DNA of 64,000 nucleotides from an uncultured Gemmatimonadaceae bacterium (GCA_963740355.1 CAVUDW010000003.1:288001-352000); one strand, 5' to 3'. Counted from the first letter of the stretch, positions 49,669 through 59,658 are shown. Made by a program: numbers and translations. Notes: generated by a model not told the origin, from the sequence alone.

Positions 49669-52278
49669 TCACACCCACCGAGCGAGGTATCCGGCGGTCC
49701 TGCTCCCCGCCGTGGACACGATCACCTCAGGTGGCCCCGCAGCGACGATCCGACCGCCTTCGTCGCCGGCACCGGGACCCATATCGATCACCCAGTCACT
49801 CGACGCCACGATGCGCATGTCATGCTCCACCACCACGACGGTGCTGCCAGCGTCCACGAGGCCATGCAGCTGCGTCATCAGCCGGTCGACGTCTGACGGA
49901 TGCAAGCCGGTGCTCGGCTCGTCGAGCACGTAGAGCGTGTCACGACGCTGTGCGCGCTGCAGCTCGGTCGCGAGCTTGATGCGCTGGGCTTCGCCCCCGG
50001 AGAGTTCAGTCGCGGGCTGCCCGAGTCGCAGATACCCAAGACCGATCTCCTGCAGCAGCGCCAGCGGTCGTGCAACGCTGGTTTCGGCGGCGAAAAACTC
50101 CAGCGCCTGATCGACCGTCATCTGCAACACCTGTGCGATGTTGCGACCGTTCCACTCGACCTTGAGTGTCGCCGGATTGAAACGCGAGCCATGGCAGGTG
50201 GGACATGGCGCGTAGACCGTCGCCATGAACAGCAGCTCGACGCTGACGAAGCCCTCGCCCTCGCAGGTTGGGCACCGACCGGGGACGAGGTTGAACGAGA
50301 ATCGTCCGGCATCGTAGCGCTTCGCTTTCGCCGCGCGTGTGGCCGCGAAGAGTCGTCGCACGTGATCGAACAATCCCGTGTAGGTCGCAAGGTTCGATCG
50401 AGGCGTGCGACCGATCGGTTTCTGGTCGACGCGCACGAGTCGCCGGATGAATTCTCCGCCCGAGACGATTCGCCCCCTCGTCTTCGCGGTCAGCCCGGGC
50501 TCGGGATCGTCCCCGCCAGTGTCGCTGCTCGCAGCGATCGCCGCGGCATCCTGACCGAGCTGCTCGCCCACCAGGTCCACCAGCACCTGGCTGACGAGGG
50601 TCGATTTGCCCGAGCCCGACACACCGGTCACCATCGTCAATGCACCGATCGGGATTCGTGCGTCGATGTGGTGCAGGTTGTTTCGCGAAAGCTCCGCCAG
50701 CTCGAGCCAGCGCGTCGGCGAACGACGCGGCCGTGCGATGCGCGACACACGATCGAAGAGATATGGTGCCGTGCGAGACGCAGTGACGCTGCGCAGGCCG
50801 TCGGGCGGACCACTGTGCAACACGTACCCTCCCCCTGTGCCGCCGTCAGGGCCGACGTCCACCAACCAATCCGCGCGATGCATGATCTCGAGATCGTGCT
50901 CCACCACGAAGACGGAGTTCCCTGCGCGCTTGAGCAAGTCGAGCGCCGCGAAGAGGGCTTCGTTATCGGCCGGATGCAACCCTGCCGATGGTTCGTCGAG
51001 CACGTAGACGACACCGAAGAGATTCGAGCGGATCTGCGTTGCGAGCCGCAGCCGCTGCAACTCGCCGGCAGACAAGGTGGTGGTGGTGCGCTCGAGCGAG
51101 AGGTAGCCGAGTCCAAGGGACTCGAGCGTGCGCACACGCGACAACACGTCCTGCGCAATACGCTGCGACGCAATGCGCTTTTCCTCGGTCATGGTCCCAG
51201 CGGCGATGCGATCGCTGGCAGCAGGTTCCAGCCGGCTGGCGAGATCACGCAGCGTCAACTGCGAGAGGCTACCGATGTCCAGTCCGCCGAATGTGACGGC
51301 CAGCGCCTCACGCTTGAGCCGTCGTCCGTCGCAGGTTGGGCAGACGGCTCCGGACATGTAGCGCGACACGCGCTTCTTCATCATCGCGCTTTGTGTCGTC
51401 GCAAAGGTGTCGAGCACGTACTTCCGAGCGCCGACGAACGTTCCCATATAACTCGGCTCGAGCTTGCGCCGCAGTGCCTCGCGCGTTTCAGCGGGCGTGA
51501 AGCCGGCGTAGACCGGCACAGTGGGCTGCTCCTCCGTGAACAGGATCCAGTTGCGCACCTTCTTCGGCAACTTCTTCCAGGGTAGATCCACGTCGTAGCC
51601 AAGCGTGACCAGAATGTCGCGCTGATTCTGTCCTTGCCACGCCAGGGGCCATGAGGCAACGGCGCGTTCGCGGATCGTGAGCGAATCGTCGGGCACCATC
51701 AACGCTTCGGTCACATCGTACACGCTGCCCAGGCCATGACACTGCGGGCAGGCGCCCTGCGGTGTATTGGGTGAAAAGTCCTCCGCATACAGCATCGGCT
51801 GGCCGTCCGGGTAGGTACCAGCGCGAGAGTACAGCATGCGGAGCAGGTTGGAGATCGTCGTGACGCTGCCGACGGACGATCGCACACTCGGTGCACCGCG
51901 TTGTTGCTGCAACGCAACGGCCGGTGGCAATCCGTCGATCGAGTCCACGTCGGGCACGCCCACCTGATCGAACAGCCGTCGCGCGTAGGGTGCCACCGAA
52001 TCGAGGTAGCGACGTTGCGCCTCGGCAAAGATGGTTCCGAATGCCAGCGACGATTTCCCGGAGCCCGAGACACCGGAGAACACCACCAGCGCATTGCGCG
52101 GCACATCGACGTCGATGTTGCGCAAGTTGTGCTCGCGTGCGCCGCGAACACGAATGAAGGCATCGCGGCTGTGTTCGTCCGTCGGCATGCCGTGTGACGC
52201 GTCCGTCCGTGCGGCGGATGCACGAGGGGCGGCAGCACGGGTGCCGGATGACTGGCCTGATTTCGAGCGAGGCGACAT
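49669..52278 (-). CDS. uvrA: UvrA-family excinuclease ATPase (class II / UvrA2-like)
   Basis: GAREHNL, GVSGSGKSSLAF, two LSxGE signatures, CxxC zinc fingers, GPGAGDEGG; shorter than canonical UvrA. Confidence 0.9.
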   Translation of the reverse strand: MSPRSKSGQSSGTRAAAPRASAARTDASHGMPTDEHSRDAFIRVRGAREHNLRNIDVDVPRNALVVFSGVSGSGKSSLAFGTIFAEAQRRYLDSVAPYARRLFDQVGVPDVDSIDGLPPAVALQQQRGAPSVRSSVGSVTTISNLLRMLYSRAGTYPDGQPMLYAEDFSPNTPQGACPQCHGLGSVYDVTEALMVPDDSLTIRERAVASWPLAWQGQNQRDILVTLGYDVDLPWKKLPKKVRNWILFTEEQPTVPVYAGFTPAETREALRRKLEPSYMGTFVGARKYVLDTFATTQSAMMKKRVSRYMSGAVCPTCDGRRLKREALAVTFGGLDIGSLSQLTLRDLASRLEPAASDRIAAGTMTEEKRIASQRIAQDVLSRVRTLESLGLGYLSLERTTTTLSAGELQRLRLATQIRSNLFGVVYVLDEPSAGLHPADNEALFAALDLLKRAGNSVFVVEHDLEIMHRADWLVDVGPDGGTGGGYVLHSGPPDGLRSVTASRTAPYLFDRVSRIARPRRSPTRWLELAELSRNNLHHIDARIPIGALTMVTGVSGSGKSTLVSQVLVDLVGEQLGQDAAAIAASSDTGGDDPEPGLTAKTRGRIVSGGEFIRRLVRVDQKPIGRTPRSNLATYTGLFDHVRRLFAATRAAKAKRYDAGRFSFNLVPGRCPTCEGEGFVSVELLFMATVYAPCPTCHGSRFNPATLKVEWNGRNIAQVLQMTVDQALEFFAAETSVARPLALLQEIGLGYLRLGQPATELSGGEAQRIKLATELQRAQRRDTLYVLDEPSTGLHPSDVDRLMTQLHGLVDAGSTVVVVEHDMRIVASSDWVIDMGPGAGDEGGRIVAAGPPEVIVSTAGSRTAGYLARWV

Positions 52279-52347
52279 GCAACAGGACTGGTTGGCGTGA
52301 GGCGCGAAAGATGGTCGCGCCCTCGCCGGCTGCGTACCACCCACGGG

Positions 52348-53025
52348 TTACGTGCCTTCCAACTCCCGCAATCGACGATCGAGATGCGAACGATCAGCGA
52401 CCGCCTTCGCCAGCGGCCCGCGGGGACCGAACTCCACCACGCTGACCGACCCGGTTGGGCAGCCGAACCGGTAGCGGAAGCGACCGACGTCAACACCGAG
52501 CAGAGTGCACAGCAGGGCTCGGATGGAGGCCTTGTGCGTCACGAAGAGCACATCGCCATCGGAAACGGTTTGTGTGACCTCCTCCACCACACCAAGCATA
52601 CGGCGCGCCAGTGCAATTGCCGTCTCGCCGTCTGTTGGTGCATTCCAGGCGGGGTCTGCGGTCCAGCGCACGTAGTCGTCGTGGAATTCATGATCCACGA
52701 CCTCGGCACTCAGTCCGTCCCAGCGGCCATAGTCGATCTCCGTGATTGCATCGCGCGTCTGCACCGGCAGTCCCGCCTTCGCGGCGATGATGCCGGCTGT
52801 CACCTGCGTGCGCAACAGCGGCCCCGCATAGATCGCCTTCCATGCCGTCGCGGTGTACGCAGCCGCAAATGCCTCGGCCATCGCGACGCCGTCGGGCGTC
52901 AATTCCGGATCGAGGTGTGCGCCGCAGAAGACGTTGTCGCGACTGGTCGGAGTCTGACCATGTCGAAGCAGGTGAAGGCGAAGCGGCACAGTGTCGGTGG
53001 ATGCAGGGAGCGGAGTGACGGGCAC
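52348..53025 (-). CDS. Histidine phosphatase (phosphoglycerate mutase family)
   Basis: LLRHGQT, EIDYGRWDG, VTH motifs. Confidence 0.9.
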   Translation of the reverse strand: MPVTPLPASTDTVPLRLHLLRHGQTPTSRDNVFCGAHLDPELTPDGVAMAEAFAAAYTATAWKAIYAGPLLRTQVTAGIIAAKAGLPVQTRDAITEIDYGRWDGLSAEVVDHEFHDDYVRWTADPAWNAPTDGETAIALARRMLGVVEEVTQTVSDGDVLFVTHKASIRALLCTLLGVDVGRFRYRFGCPTGSVSVVEFGPRGPLAKAVADRSHLDRRLRELEGT

Positions 53026-53070
53026 GAAGAAGGCACATCCACGACAGCGACGTTCAGCATCGTCGGGAAA

Positions 53071-55062
53071 TCAGTGCTTCCCGTCGAGCGAGAACGCAAG
53101 CAGTTCGGCGTTCTCACCACCACCGGTGGCGATCACGACGTACTGTACCCCGTTGGCGCCGCGATATGACACCGGGTTCGCATATCCACGACCGGCTGGC
53201 AATTCAAACTGCCACAGCACTCGTCCGTCGCGTGTGTCGAGTGCATACAGCACGTTGCCACCGCCGGTCGCGAAGATCAGGCCACCTTTCGTCACCGTAC
53301 CGCCGGGTGCTCCGGCCACACCGAGCGGCGGCAGCGCCACGCCCTTGAGCAACGGATGCTCGCGAATGGACGGCGTGTCACCGAACGTCACCTGCCAGCG
53401 TTGCTTGCCTGTATCGAGGTCGATCGCCGTCATCGTACCGTATGGAGGCTTGATGAGCGGCAGCTGTTCTGGCGGTGCGTGATCGGCCCGGCCCGAATCG
53501 GGATCAGCAGTGACGCCGATTCCACTCTGCCCGAGGTTGGCGGTGTACTCGAAACCGATGGTGTCGTTCGGCACTCCCTTCTCGATGCGGAACAACGCCG
53601 GGCTGTTGGTGGCCTTCACGAAGAGCGTGTGCGTTTCCGGATCGTACGAGGTGCTGCCCCACCCTGCACCGCCGATGGCACCAGGCATGGTGATCGTGCC
53701 CTGTGTGGATGGTGGGGTGAAGATCGGCCCGCTGCGATACCGACCGAACACTTCGAGGGCTCGGCGTTTCAGCTCCGGCGTGAAGTCGATCAGGTCGGAT
53801 TCAGTGACGGTTTGGCGAGAGAACGGTGCCGGGAGCGTCGGCATTGGCTGTGTCGGCGACGCACGCTCGCCGACCACATCGCTGGCGGGCACCGGTCGCT
53901 CGGGGATAGGCCAGATCGGCCGACCTGTCACACGATCGAAGACGTAGATCCACCCCGTCTTCGATGGTACAGCGACCACGTCGCGCGGGCGCCCCTTCCA
54001 GTTGATCGTGGCCAGCACCGGCGGCGCAGGGAGATCGTAATCCCACAATCCATGATGCACGACCTGGAAGTGCCACACACGTCGCCCAGTCCGCGCGTCG
54101 AGTGCCACCACCGATTCCGCAAACAGGTTGTCGCCCTTGCGATCACCACCGTACCAGTCGTTGGTGGGTGTCGACACTGGCAGGAACAGCAGCCCCCGCC
54201 TTGCATCGAGGCTCATCGGTGCCCACACGTTGGTGTGGCCCATGTACGCGTACGAGCCATTCTCCCAGGTCTTCCAGCCGAACTCCCCGGAGTCAGGAAT
54301 GGTGTGGAAGCTCCAAACACGACGTCCGGTATTGACGTCGAAGGCCTGCACGTCGCCCGGTGGATCGTTGGGATAGCGCAGGCGATCACCAACACCATTG
54401 CCGACGATCACGAGATCGCCGAACACCACCGGTGGCGACGTATTGGTGTAATGCTCGCGCCGGATGCGGCGGCGCAGTTGCGCGGTGAGGTCGACCTCGC
54501 CGTTGCGGCCGAATGTCGGAATCGGCTTGCCGGTGCTGGCATCGATGGCGATCAGCTTCCAGCGGGCGTTGATGAAGACGCGCCGCGCGGTAGAGGACGC
54601 CCAGGTCGCAATGCCGCGATGCACGAAACCCGTGCCATTCGACGGCTGGCCCATGCGCCAGACTTCGGGATCGAACTTCCACAGTTCACGGCCGGTCTGC
54701 GCATCGAGTGCGGCGACAGCGGCATACGGCGTGGAGACATAGAGCGTATCGCCGATGACCGTCGGAGACGATTGAAAGAGCCCCGGGCGCGCCGGCAGCT
54801 GACCGGGGCTCGCGGCGATGGCACGTTCGCCTGTGCTCCAGCGCCACGCTGGCTTCAGCCGCGAGACAGTCGATCGATCGATGTCGCCGATGGGCGCGTA
54901 CCGCATGGCGCCCGGATCACCGCTCGGGCTTGCCCAATCGACGCGCTGCGCACCAGCTGAGATCGCTGTCGAGATTACTGCAAAGACCGCGGTGAAGGAG
55001 TGTGCAAGCACACGCTGTTGGCGGTGATGGCGCGCCGCTGAGACCGCACAGGACATAGTCAT
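53071..55062 (-). CDS. PQQ-dependent (quinoprotein glucose-type) dehydrogenase
   Basis: ALDAQTGRELWKFDP, HRGIATW, WHFQVVHHGLWDYD, KPPYG, YALD..DGRVLW PQQ repeats. Confidence 0.9.
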   Translation of the reverse strand: MTMSCAVSAARHHRQQRVLAHSFTAVFAVISTAISAGAQRVDWASPSGDPGAMRYAPIGDIDRSTVSRLKPAWRWSTGERAIAASPGQLPARPGLFQSSPTVIGDTLYVSTPYAAVAALDAQTGRELWKFDPEVWRMGQPSNGTGFVHRGIATWASSTARRVFINARWKLIAIDASTGKPIPTFGRNGEVDLTAQLRRRIRREHYTNTSPPVVFGDLVIVGNGVGDRLRYPNDPPGDVQAFDVNTGRRVWSFHTIPDSGEFGWKTWENGSYAYMGHTNVWAPMSLDARRGLLFLPVSTPTNDWYGGDRKGDNLFAESVVALDARTGRRVWHFQVVHHGLWDYDLPAPPVLATINWKGRPRDVVAVPSKTGWIYVFDRVTGRPIWPIPERPVPASDVVGERASPTQPMPTLPAPFSRQTVTESDLIDFTPELKRRALEVFGRYRSGPIFTPPSTQGTITMPGAIGGAGWGSTSYDPETHTLFVKATNSPALFRIEKGVPNDTIGFEYTANLGQSGIGVTADPDSGRADHAPPEQLPLIKPPYGTMTAIDLDTGKQRWQVTFGDTPSIREHPLLKGVALPPLGVAGAPGGTVTKGGLIFATGGGNVLYALDTRDGRVLWQFELPAGRGYANPVSYRGANGVQYVVIATGGGENAELLAFSLDGKH

Positions 55063-55125
55063 GGCTGGAACATTGCACCCAAAACAAGCGAGCGCGACCT
55101 GCGATCATCTGAGAATTTCTGACAA

Positions 55126-55141
55126 TGGCGTGCTGATTGCA
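55126..55141 (+). promoter_or_regulatory. Sigma-54 (-24/-12) promoter
   Basis: TGGCGT-GCTGA-TTGCA, exact GG-N10-GC spacing, about 115 bp upstream of the GlsB/YeaQ gene. Confidence 0.6.
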
Positions 55142-55255
55142 TTGCTTCAGGGTTACAGTGACTCGCGGAGTGCGGCCGACGACAGGTCGCCTCGCATCAG
55201 TGCCGGACGTACGGCACACAATTCAGATCTCACAGTCTTTTCAGGATATATCACC

Positions 55256-55525
55256 ATGAACATCATCATCTGGCTCTGTGTCGGCGGCGTGCTTGGGTGG
55301 CTGGCCAGCATCGTCATGAAGACCAATGCCCAGCAGGGCGTGTTGCTCAACATCATCGTCGGAATCGTGGGTGCCATGCTTGCCGGCTGGTTCCTGTCAC
55401 CGCTGGTGGGCGTTGGAACGATCAACCAGAACAACTTCAGCCTGCCGTCGCTGTTGGTGTCGTTCGTCGGTGCTGCAGCCCTGCTCGCGGTCGTGAACCT
55501 GATCCAGCGCGGTTCCGCGCGCTGA
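55256..55525 (+). CDS. GlsB/YeaQ/YmgE family stress-response membrane protein
   Basis: AGGA RBS; GWLASIVM, NIIVGIVGA, SFVGAAALL; 89 aa. Confidence 0.9.
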   Translation: MNIIIWLCVGGVLGWLASIVMKTNAQQGVLLNIIVGIVGAMLAGWFLSPLVGVGTINQNNFSLPSLLVSFVGAAALLAVVNLIQRGSAR

Positions 55526-55697
55526 TATGTCTTGAGTGCACGGCATCGGGTGCAGCGGCGGTAGTGACCGTCGTTGCATCCTGTGCTGCGCTTGGCGTTG
55601 CGGCTGGCTGGCGCGCTGGGCTGTAGGTCAGCATTCTACGGAGGGACGAACGCGCAACCGGCGCGGACGATTCGTCGCCACTCACCTCCGCCAGCCG

Positions 55698-58064
55698 ATG
55701 ATGACGCCCCGCCCTCTGCCGCGCGACTCACGATTCCTGTCGCTCGTCGCGCTGTGTGCCGCAGGCCTTGCAACGTCCGTTCACGCCCAACAGGCGTCCA
55801 CGGCACCGCGACCCATGAACTGGGTCGATGTCCAGAATGTGCGTCAGGCCGGTGCTCCCGTGCCGAGCCCCGATGGACGGTTCGCACTCTACACGCTTTC
55901 CGTGCCGGACTGGAAGGAGGCGCGTCGCCAATCCGACATCTATCTGGTGTCGATGACGCAGGGTGTGTCGAGCACCAAGCGCATGACCGCCACTTCTGAC
56001 AAGAGCGAATCAGCTCCCGCCTGGACACGCGATGGGCAGGCATTCGTGTTCCTGTCGGATCGTGATGCCACCGCCAATGCCGCGGCGCCTGCGACGCGCG
56101 GCAGCACACTGCCGACCTCCGGTCCCGGCATGCAATACCTGCCGGCAGCGGCAGGCGGCGGCATGGGCAGCCCCACGTCGCAGCTGTTCCTCATGCGGCC
56201 CGATGGTGGTGAAGCACGAAAGATCACCGAGGCACGCGACGGTGTCACGACGTTCGCGTTCTCGAAGGATGGCCGTTGGCTTGTGTACCGCTCAGGTCAG
56301 GCGACGCAAGAACAGTTGTACGCGTTGCCGGTGGCCGCGCTGATGGCAGGCGACACCACGAAGCCAGTCCAGTTGACGCGGCATGCGACGGGCGTCGGCT
56401 TGTGGCGTTTCTCGCCGGATGCGAAGCGGATCTACTTCACCGCCGCCGATACCGTCGATGCCGATGAAAAGGCTCGACTGGAGAAGCGATTCGACGTGCG
56501 GGTGCGCAACGCCGAGTCGCCACTCTACAGCCTCTGGGCGCTGGACGTCGATACGAAGAACACGACTCGGCTGACGCGCGACACGACGTTCAGTGTCGGC
56601 GACATGTCGATCTCGCCGGATGGCAAGTGGATTGGGTTCCATGGGTTGAGCGCCAATCGCTTTGAACGAAATGTGCTCGAGCAGGAGATCTTCGCCGACC
56701 TCTACCTGCTGGAGGTCGCGAGTGGTTCGGTCGAGCGGCTGACACGGAACAAGGAGATCGGTGAAAGCAGCGTCAGCTTCTCGCCCGACAGCCGGACGGT
56801 GGCGTTCTCCGCGCCGGACGACTTCATCATGCGTCACAACCTGCGCGTGTACACGCGCGACGTGAGCGCACGCGGCTCCGCATTCAAGAAGCTTGGCGCG
56901 GGTTTCGATGGGCCAGTGACCATCGATTTCTGGTCGAAGGATGGCGGCACGATCTACTTCGATGTCGGCATCAAGGCGACGGACCAGCTGGCAGCACTCG
57001 ATGTCGCGTCCAATCGTGTGCGACAGGTCACGACCGACAAGGCCAGCGTGCGCGTGCGCCAGGACGACGACTCCGAGCGCATCTTCATCACCCGCAGCGA
57101 TCCGCAGACGCCGTCCACCATCTACACCGTCGCCTCGCCGGCTGACGTTGCCACGCGCAGCAGCTGGACGCAGCTCACCGATGCCAATGCGTGGACGCGA
57201 TCACTGGCACTTGGCGAAGCGGATGAGATCACCTGGAAGGGGCGTGATGGCACGCCTGTCGGCGGCGTTTTGGTCAAGCCGGTCGGCTACCAGCCAGGCA
57301 AGCGGTATCCGCTCATCGTGCAGATCCACGGCGGCCCACAGTCGGCCGACGTTCTGACCTTCAATGGCGGGTATGGCTCGCAGGTCTACGCCGGCGCGGG
57401 CTACGTGGTGTTGCTGCCGAACTACCGCAACTCCACGAACTACGGCCAGAAGTTCGAGATCGAAAGCCAGGGCGACTACTTCACCAAGGGGTATCAGGAC
57501 ATCATGGCCGGTGTGGATCACCTGATCGCATCCGGCATGGTGGACAGCACGCAGATGGGCGTCCTCGGCTGGAGCGCAGGGGGCCATTGGTCGAACTGGA
57601 TCCTGACGCACACGAATCGCTTCAAGGCCATTTCGACCGGCGCGGGCGTCTACAACTGGATTTCGATGTGGGGCGTGAGCGATACGCAGCGTGGTCGCCA
57701 GTGGTATCTCGGCGACAAGATGTACTGGGACGACATGGAGCATTGGTGGCGTCAGTCACCCGCGGCGTACATCAAGAACGCCCGCACGCCGACGATGATT
57801 CACGTCGTCGACGGTGATCCACGAGTGCCGCGTCCTGAAAGTGAAGGGCTGCACATGGCGCTGAAGCGACTGGGCGTTCCGACGGAGTTTTATGTCTATC
57901 CCGGCGGAACCCACGGCATTCCCGATGCGCGCAACCAGTTGGTGAAGGCCACGGCTGAAATGGCCTGGATGGACTACTGGGTGCGCAATTCGGGGCACAA
58001 GTTCGCGTGGCGCGATGTGTTGCGAACGGTGGAAGAGCCGAAGGCGACGACCCTCACGCCATGA
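55698..58064 (+). CDS. S9 prolyl oligopeptidase family peptidase
   Basis: SPDG propeller repeats; IHGGP, NYR.S..YG, GWSAGG nucleophile, DPRVP, H in GGTHG. Confidence 0.92.
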   Translation: MMTPRPLPRDSRFLSLVALCAAGLATSVHAQQASTAPRPMNWVDVQNVRQAGAPVPSPDGRFALYTLSVPDWKEARRQSDIYLVSMTQGVSSTKRMTATSDKSESAPAWTRDGQAFVFLSDRDATANAAAPATRGSTLPTSGPGMQYLPAAAGGGMGSPTSQLFLMRPDGGEARKITEARDGVTTFAFSKDGRWLVYRSGQATQEQLYALPVAALMAGDTTKPVQLTRHATGVGLWRFSPDAKRIYFTAADTVDADEKARLEKRFDVRVRNAESPLYSLWALDVDTKNTTRLTRDTTFSVGDMSISPDGKWIGFHGLSANRFERNVLEQEIFADLYLLEVASGSVERLTRNKEIGESSVSFSPDSRTVAFSAPDDFIMRHNLRVYTRDVSARGSAFKKLGAGFDGPVTIDFWSKDGGTIYFDVGIKATDQLAALDVASNRVRQVTTDKASVRVRQDDDSERIFITRSDPQTPSTIYTVASPADVATRSSWTQLTDANAWTRSLALGEADEITWKGRDGTPVGGVLVKPVGYQPGKRYPLIVQIHGGPQSADVLTFNGGYGSQVYAGAGYVVLLPNYRNSTNYGQKFEIESQGDYFTKGYQDIMAGVDHLIASGMVDSTQMGVLGWSAGGHWSNWILTHTNRFKAISTGAGVYNWISMWGVSDTQRGRQWYLGDKMYWDDMEHWWRQSPAAYIKNARTPTMIHVVDGDPRVPRPESEGLHMALKRLGVPTEFYVYPGGTHGIPDARNQLVKATAEMAWMDYWVRNSGHKFAWRDVLRTVEEPKATTLTP

Positions 58065-58092
58065 GCTGGCGGCGACCAGAATACTGATCAGC

Positions 58093-58204
58093 CCCGGGGG
58101 GCCCGACACTCCGGGGAGCCCCCCGGGCAACTGCCGACGCGGAGGCCGCTGCGTAACTTCAGGCGGATTGGCAAACCCATGCCGCCCTGGCCGCACGCAG
58201 CGGC
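58093..58204. other. Two adjacent GC-rich hairpins (terminator and/or structured leader)
   Basis: cccggggggc/gccccccggg (58093-58127) and gccgctgcgt/acgcagcggc (58145-58204) with nested ggcgg/ccgcc. Confidence 0.5.
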
Positions 58205-58242
58205 GCCGCTCGCACCATCAAGTACAGTCCGTTCCTTTTCAC

Positions 58243-58890
58243 ATGCCCTATCGTACCGACGACACTCCTGCTTCACGACCGGCCGCCAAGGCACCCGCGC
58301 AAGCGGCCAACAGGTCAGCGTCGACGCAACAGCCAAGACAGCAATCGAAAGCGGCGCCGAAGTCTGCTGCCAAGCCAGTCGCGAAGCCGGTCACGATGGC
58401 CGCAGCGAAAGCCGCCACGCCAAAGCCCGCCGCGGGTGGCTCCGGTCGGTCTCGCTCGCGCGGTGGGCGCGGGGCGCGCGGCCCGAAGGGCGTGCAGGAG
58501 TCGGCACTGACATCGATGCCGACCGGGCGTCTGGCCTACGCGGACACCCGCACCTGGCTGGTGAAGCAGCATGGGCTCATCTGCGCGTATTGTGCGAAGA
58601 AGGTCCCTGCCAAGGATCTGACGCTCGACCACGTCGCACCGCGGCGCGGCATGACGGCGTACGATCGACGCGACAACCTCGTGCTCTGCTGCCTCGCCTG
58701 CAACATCGCCAAGGCCGACAAGACGACGATGGCGTGGCTACTGGGCCGGCGGAGTCGCGCGGTCAACCTGATCCGATTCGGCAGTCATCTGAGTCAGCTG
58801 CTGGTTGAGATGGCACACGACCTGGCGGGACCGGAAGGCATTGCCCTGGCGGAGCGATTGTCTGATCCGGACTATCCCTACGCGGACTGA
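58243..58890 (+). CDS. HNH endonuclease with basic low-complexity N-terminus
   Basis: CAYC...TLDHVAP...DNLVLCCLACNIAK; Ala/Lys/Pro/Arg-rich first ~90 aa. Confidence 0.88.
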   Translation: MPYRTDDTPASRPAAKAPAQAANRSASTQQPRQQSKAAPKSAAKPVAKPVTMAAAKAATPKPAAGGSGRSRSRGGRGARGPKGVQESALTSMPTGRLAYADTRTWLVKQHGLICAYCAKKVPAKDLTLDHVAPRRGMTAYDRRDNLVLCCLACNIAKADKTTMAWLLGRRSRAVNLIRFGSHLSQLLVEMAHDLAGPEGIALAERLSDPDYPYAD

Positions 58891-58912
58891 GCGGTCTGCG
58901 TGGACGCTGGGT

Positions 58913-59326
58913 TCATGGAAAGAGAGCCAATGACTTCACATGCAACGGCCGCACAACTCCGAAGTGTTTGCGATCAGTGGTGAGAATCCCTCGACTGCCA
59001 AGGCGCTCTGCGACTGCGATCACGGATGCGTCCACGAAGCCCATCGGAAGATCTGCGTATTCACGCATCAGGACCGCCGATCGCGCAACGTCCTCGGGCT
59101 CGATCGCTTCCGTGATCAATTCGCCGGTCGCGATCGCTGCGACGAATGCCGTTTCGGCTGCGGGGCCGATCCGCGTCTGGAGCAAGTAGCAGACTTCCGG
59201 CAGGACCGACATCGGAATCACGATGTCGCGCGCCGCTTCGCTCCACCACCGCGTCACGCGCGCATGCCATGCATCCCGCTTGTCGACCAGCGCGTACAAC
59301 GGGCCGGTGTCGGCAACGATGATCAC
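58913..59326 (-). CDS. vapC: PIN-domain VapC toxin
   Basis: IVADTGPLYA, VLPEVCYLL, FVDASVIAVAERL, ILTTDRKHF. Confidence 0.9.
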   Translation of the reverse strand: MIIVADTGPLYALVDKRDAWHARVTRWWSEAARDIVIPMSVLPEVCYLLQTRIGPAAETAFVAAIATGELITEAIEPEDVARSAVLMREYADLPMGFVDASVIAVAERLGSRGILTTDRKHFGVVRPLHVKSLALFP

Positions 59327-59553
59327 CGGTGCGGGTCGCGCCAGAGCAGCTCGTCAACTCGCTCCGACGTATCGGAGTCATCGCTCTCGAACTGTCCCGC
59401 GATCGATGGTATCCCAGCGGGAGCGCGGGGCGCCGCGAGGTACGCAGAAATCGCCTCGCGAATCAGCGAGGCTGAACTCACACCCGTGCGCTCGGCAACT
59501 TTCTGAAGCCGCAGCAGGGTCTGTTCGTCGAGAAAAACGGAGGTTCGGCGCAT
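59323..59553 (-). CDS. CopG/RHH antitoxin (VapB-like)
   Basis: MRRTSVFLDE...LQKVAERTGVSSASLIREAISAYL; 4-nt overlap with vapC. Confidence 0.85.
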   Translation of the reverse strand: MRRTSVFLDEQTLLRLQKVAERTGVSSASLIREAISAYLAAPRAPAGIPSIAGQFESDDSDTSERVDELLWRDPHR

Positions 59554-59589
59554 AGGCATATATATGCCTGCGACAGGCATACATGTCAA
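59554..59589 (-). promoter_or_regulatory. TA promoter with palindromic operator
   Basis: Perfect 16-bp palindrome aggcatatatatgcct abutting the ATG; overlapping tatgcctg-N3-caggcata; TTGACA on the minus strand at 59584-59589. Confidence 0.75.
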
Positions 59590-59658
59590 CGGGGTGGAAG
59601 ATAGGTTGCGACCTGACCCGCCTGCATTCGGCATCGGGTCAAGGCACAATCCGACGCC

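Noticed and set aside
58168..58204. GGCAAACC suggesting a c-di-GMP-I riboswitch
   Set aside because: Lacks the GAAA tetraloop stem and the downstream GACGCAAAGC/P3 elements.
58243..58890. IscB/Cas9-like assignment of the HNH gene
   Set aside because: Too short; no RuvC segments, PLMP motif or transposon ends visible.
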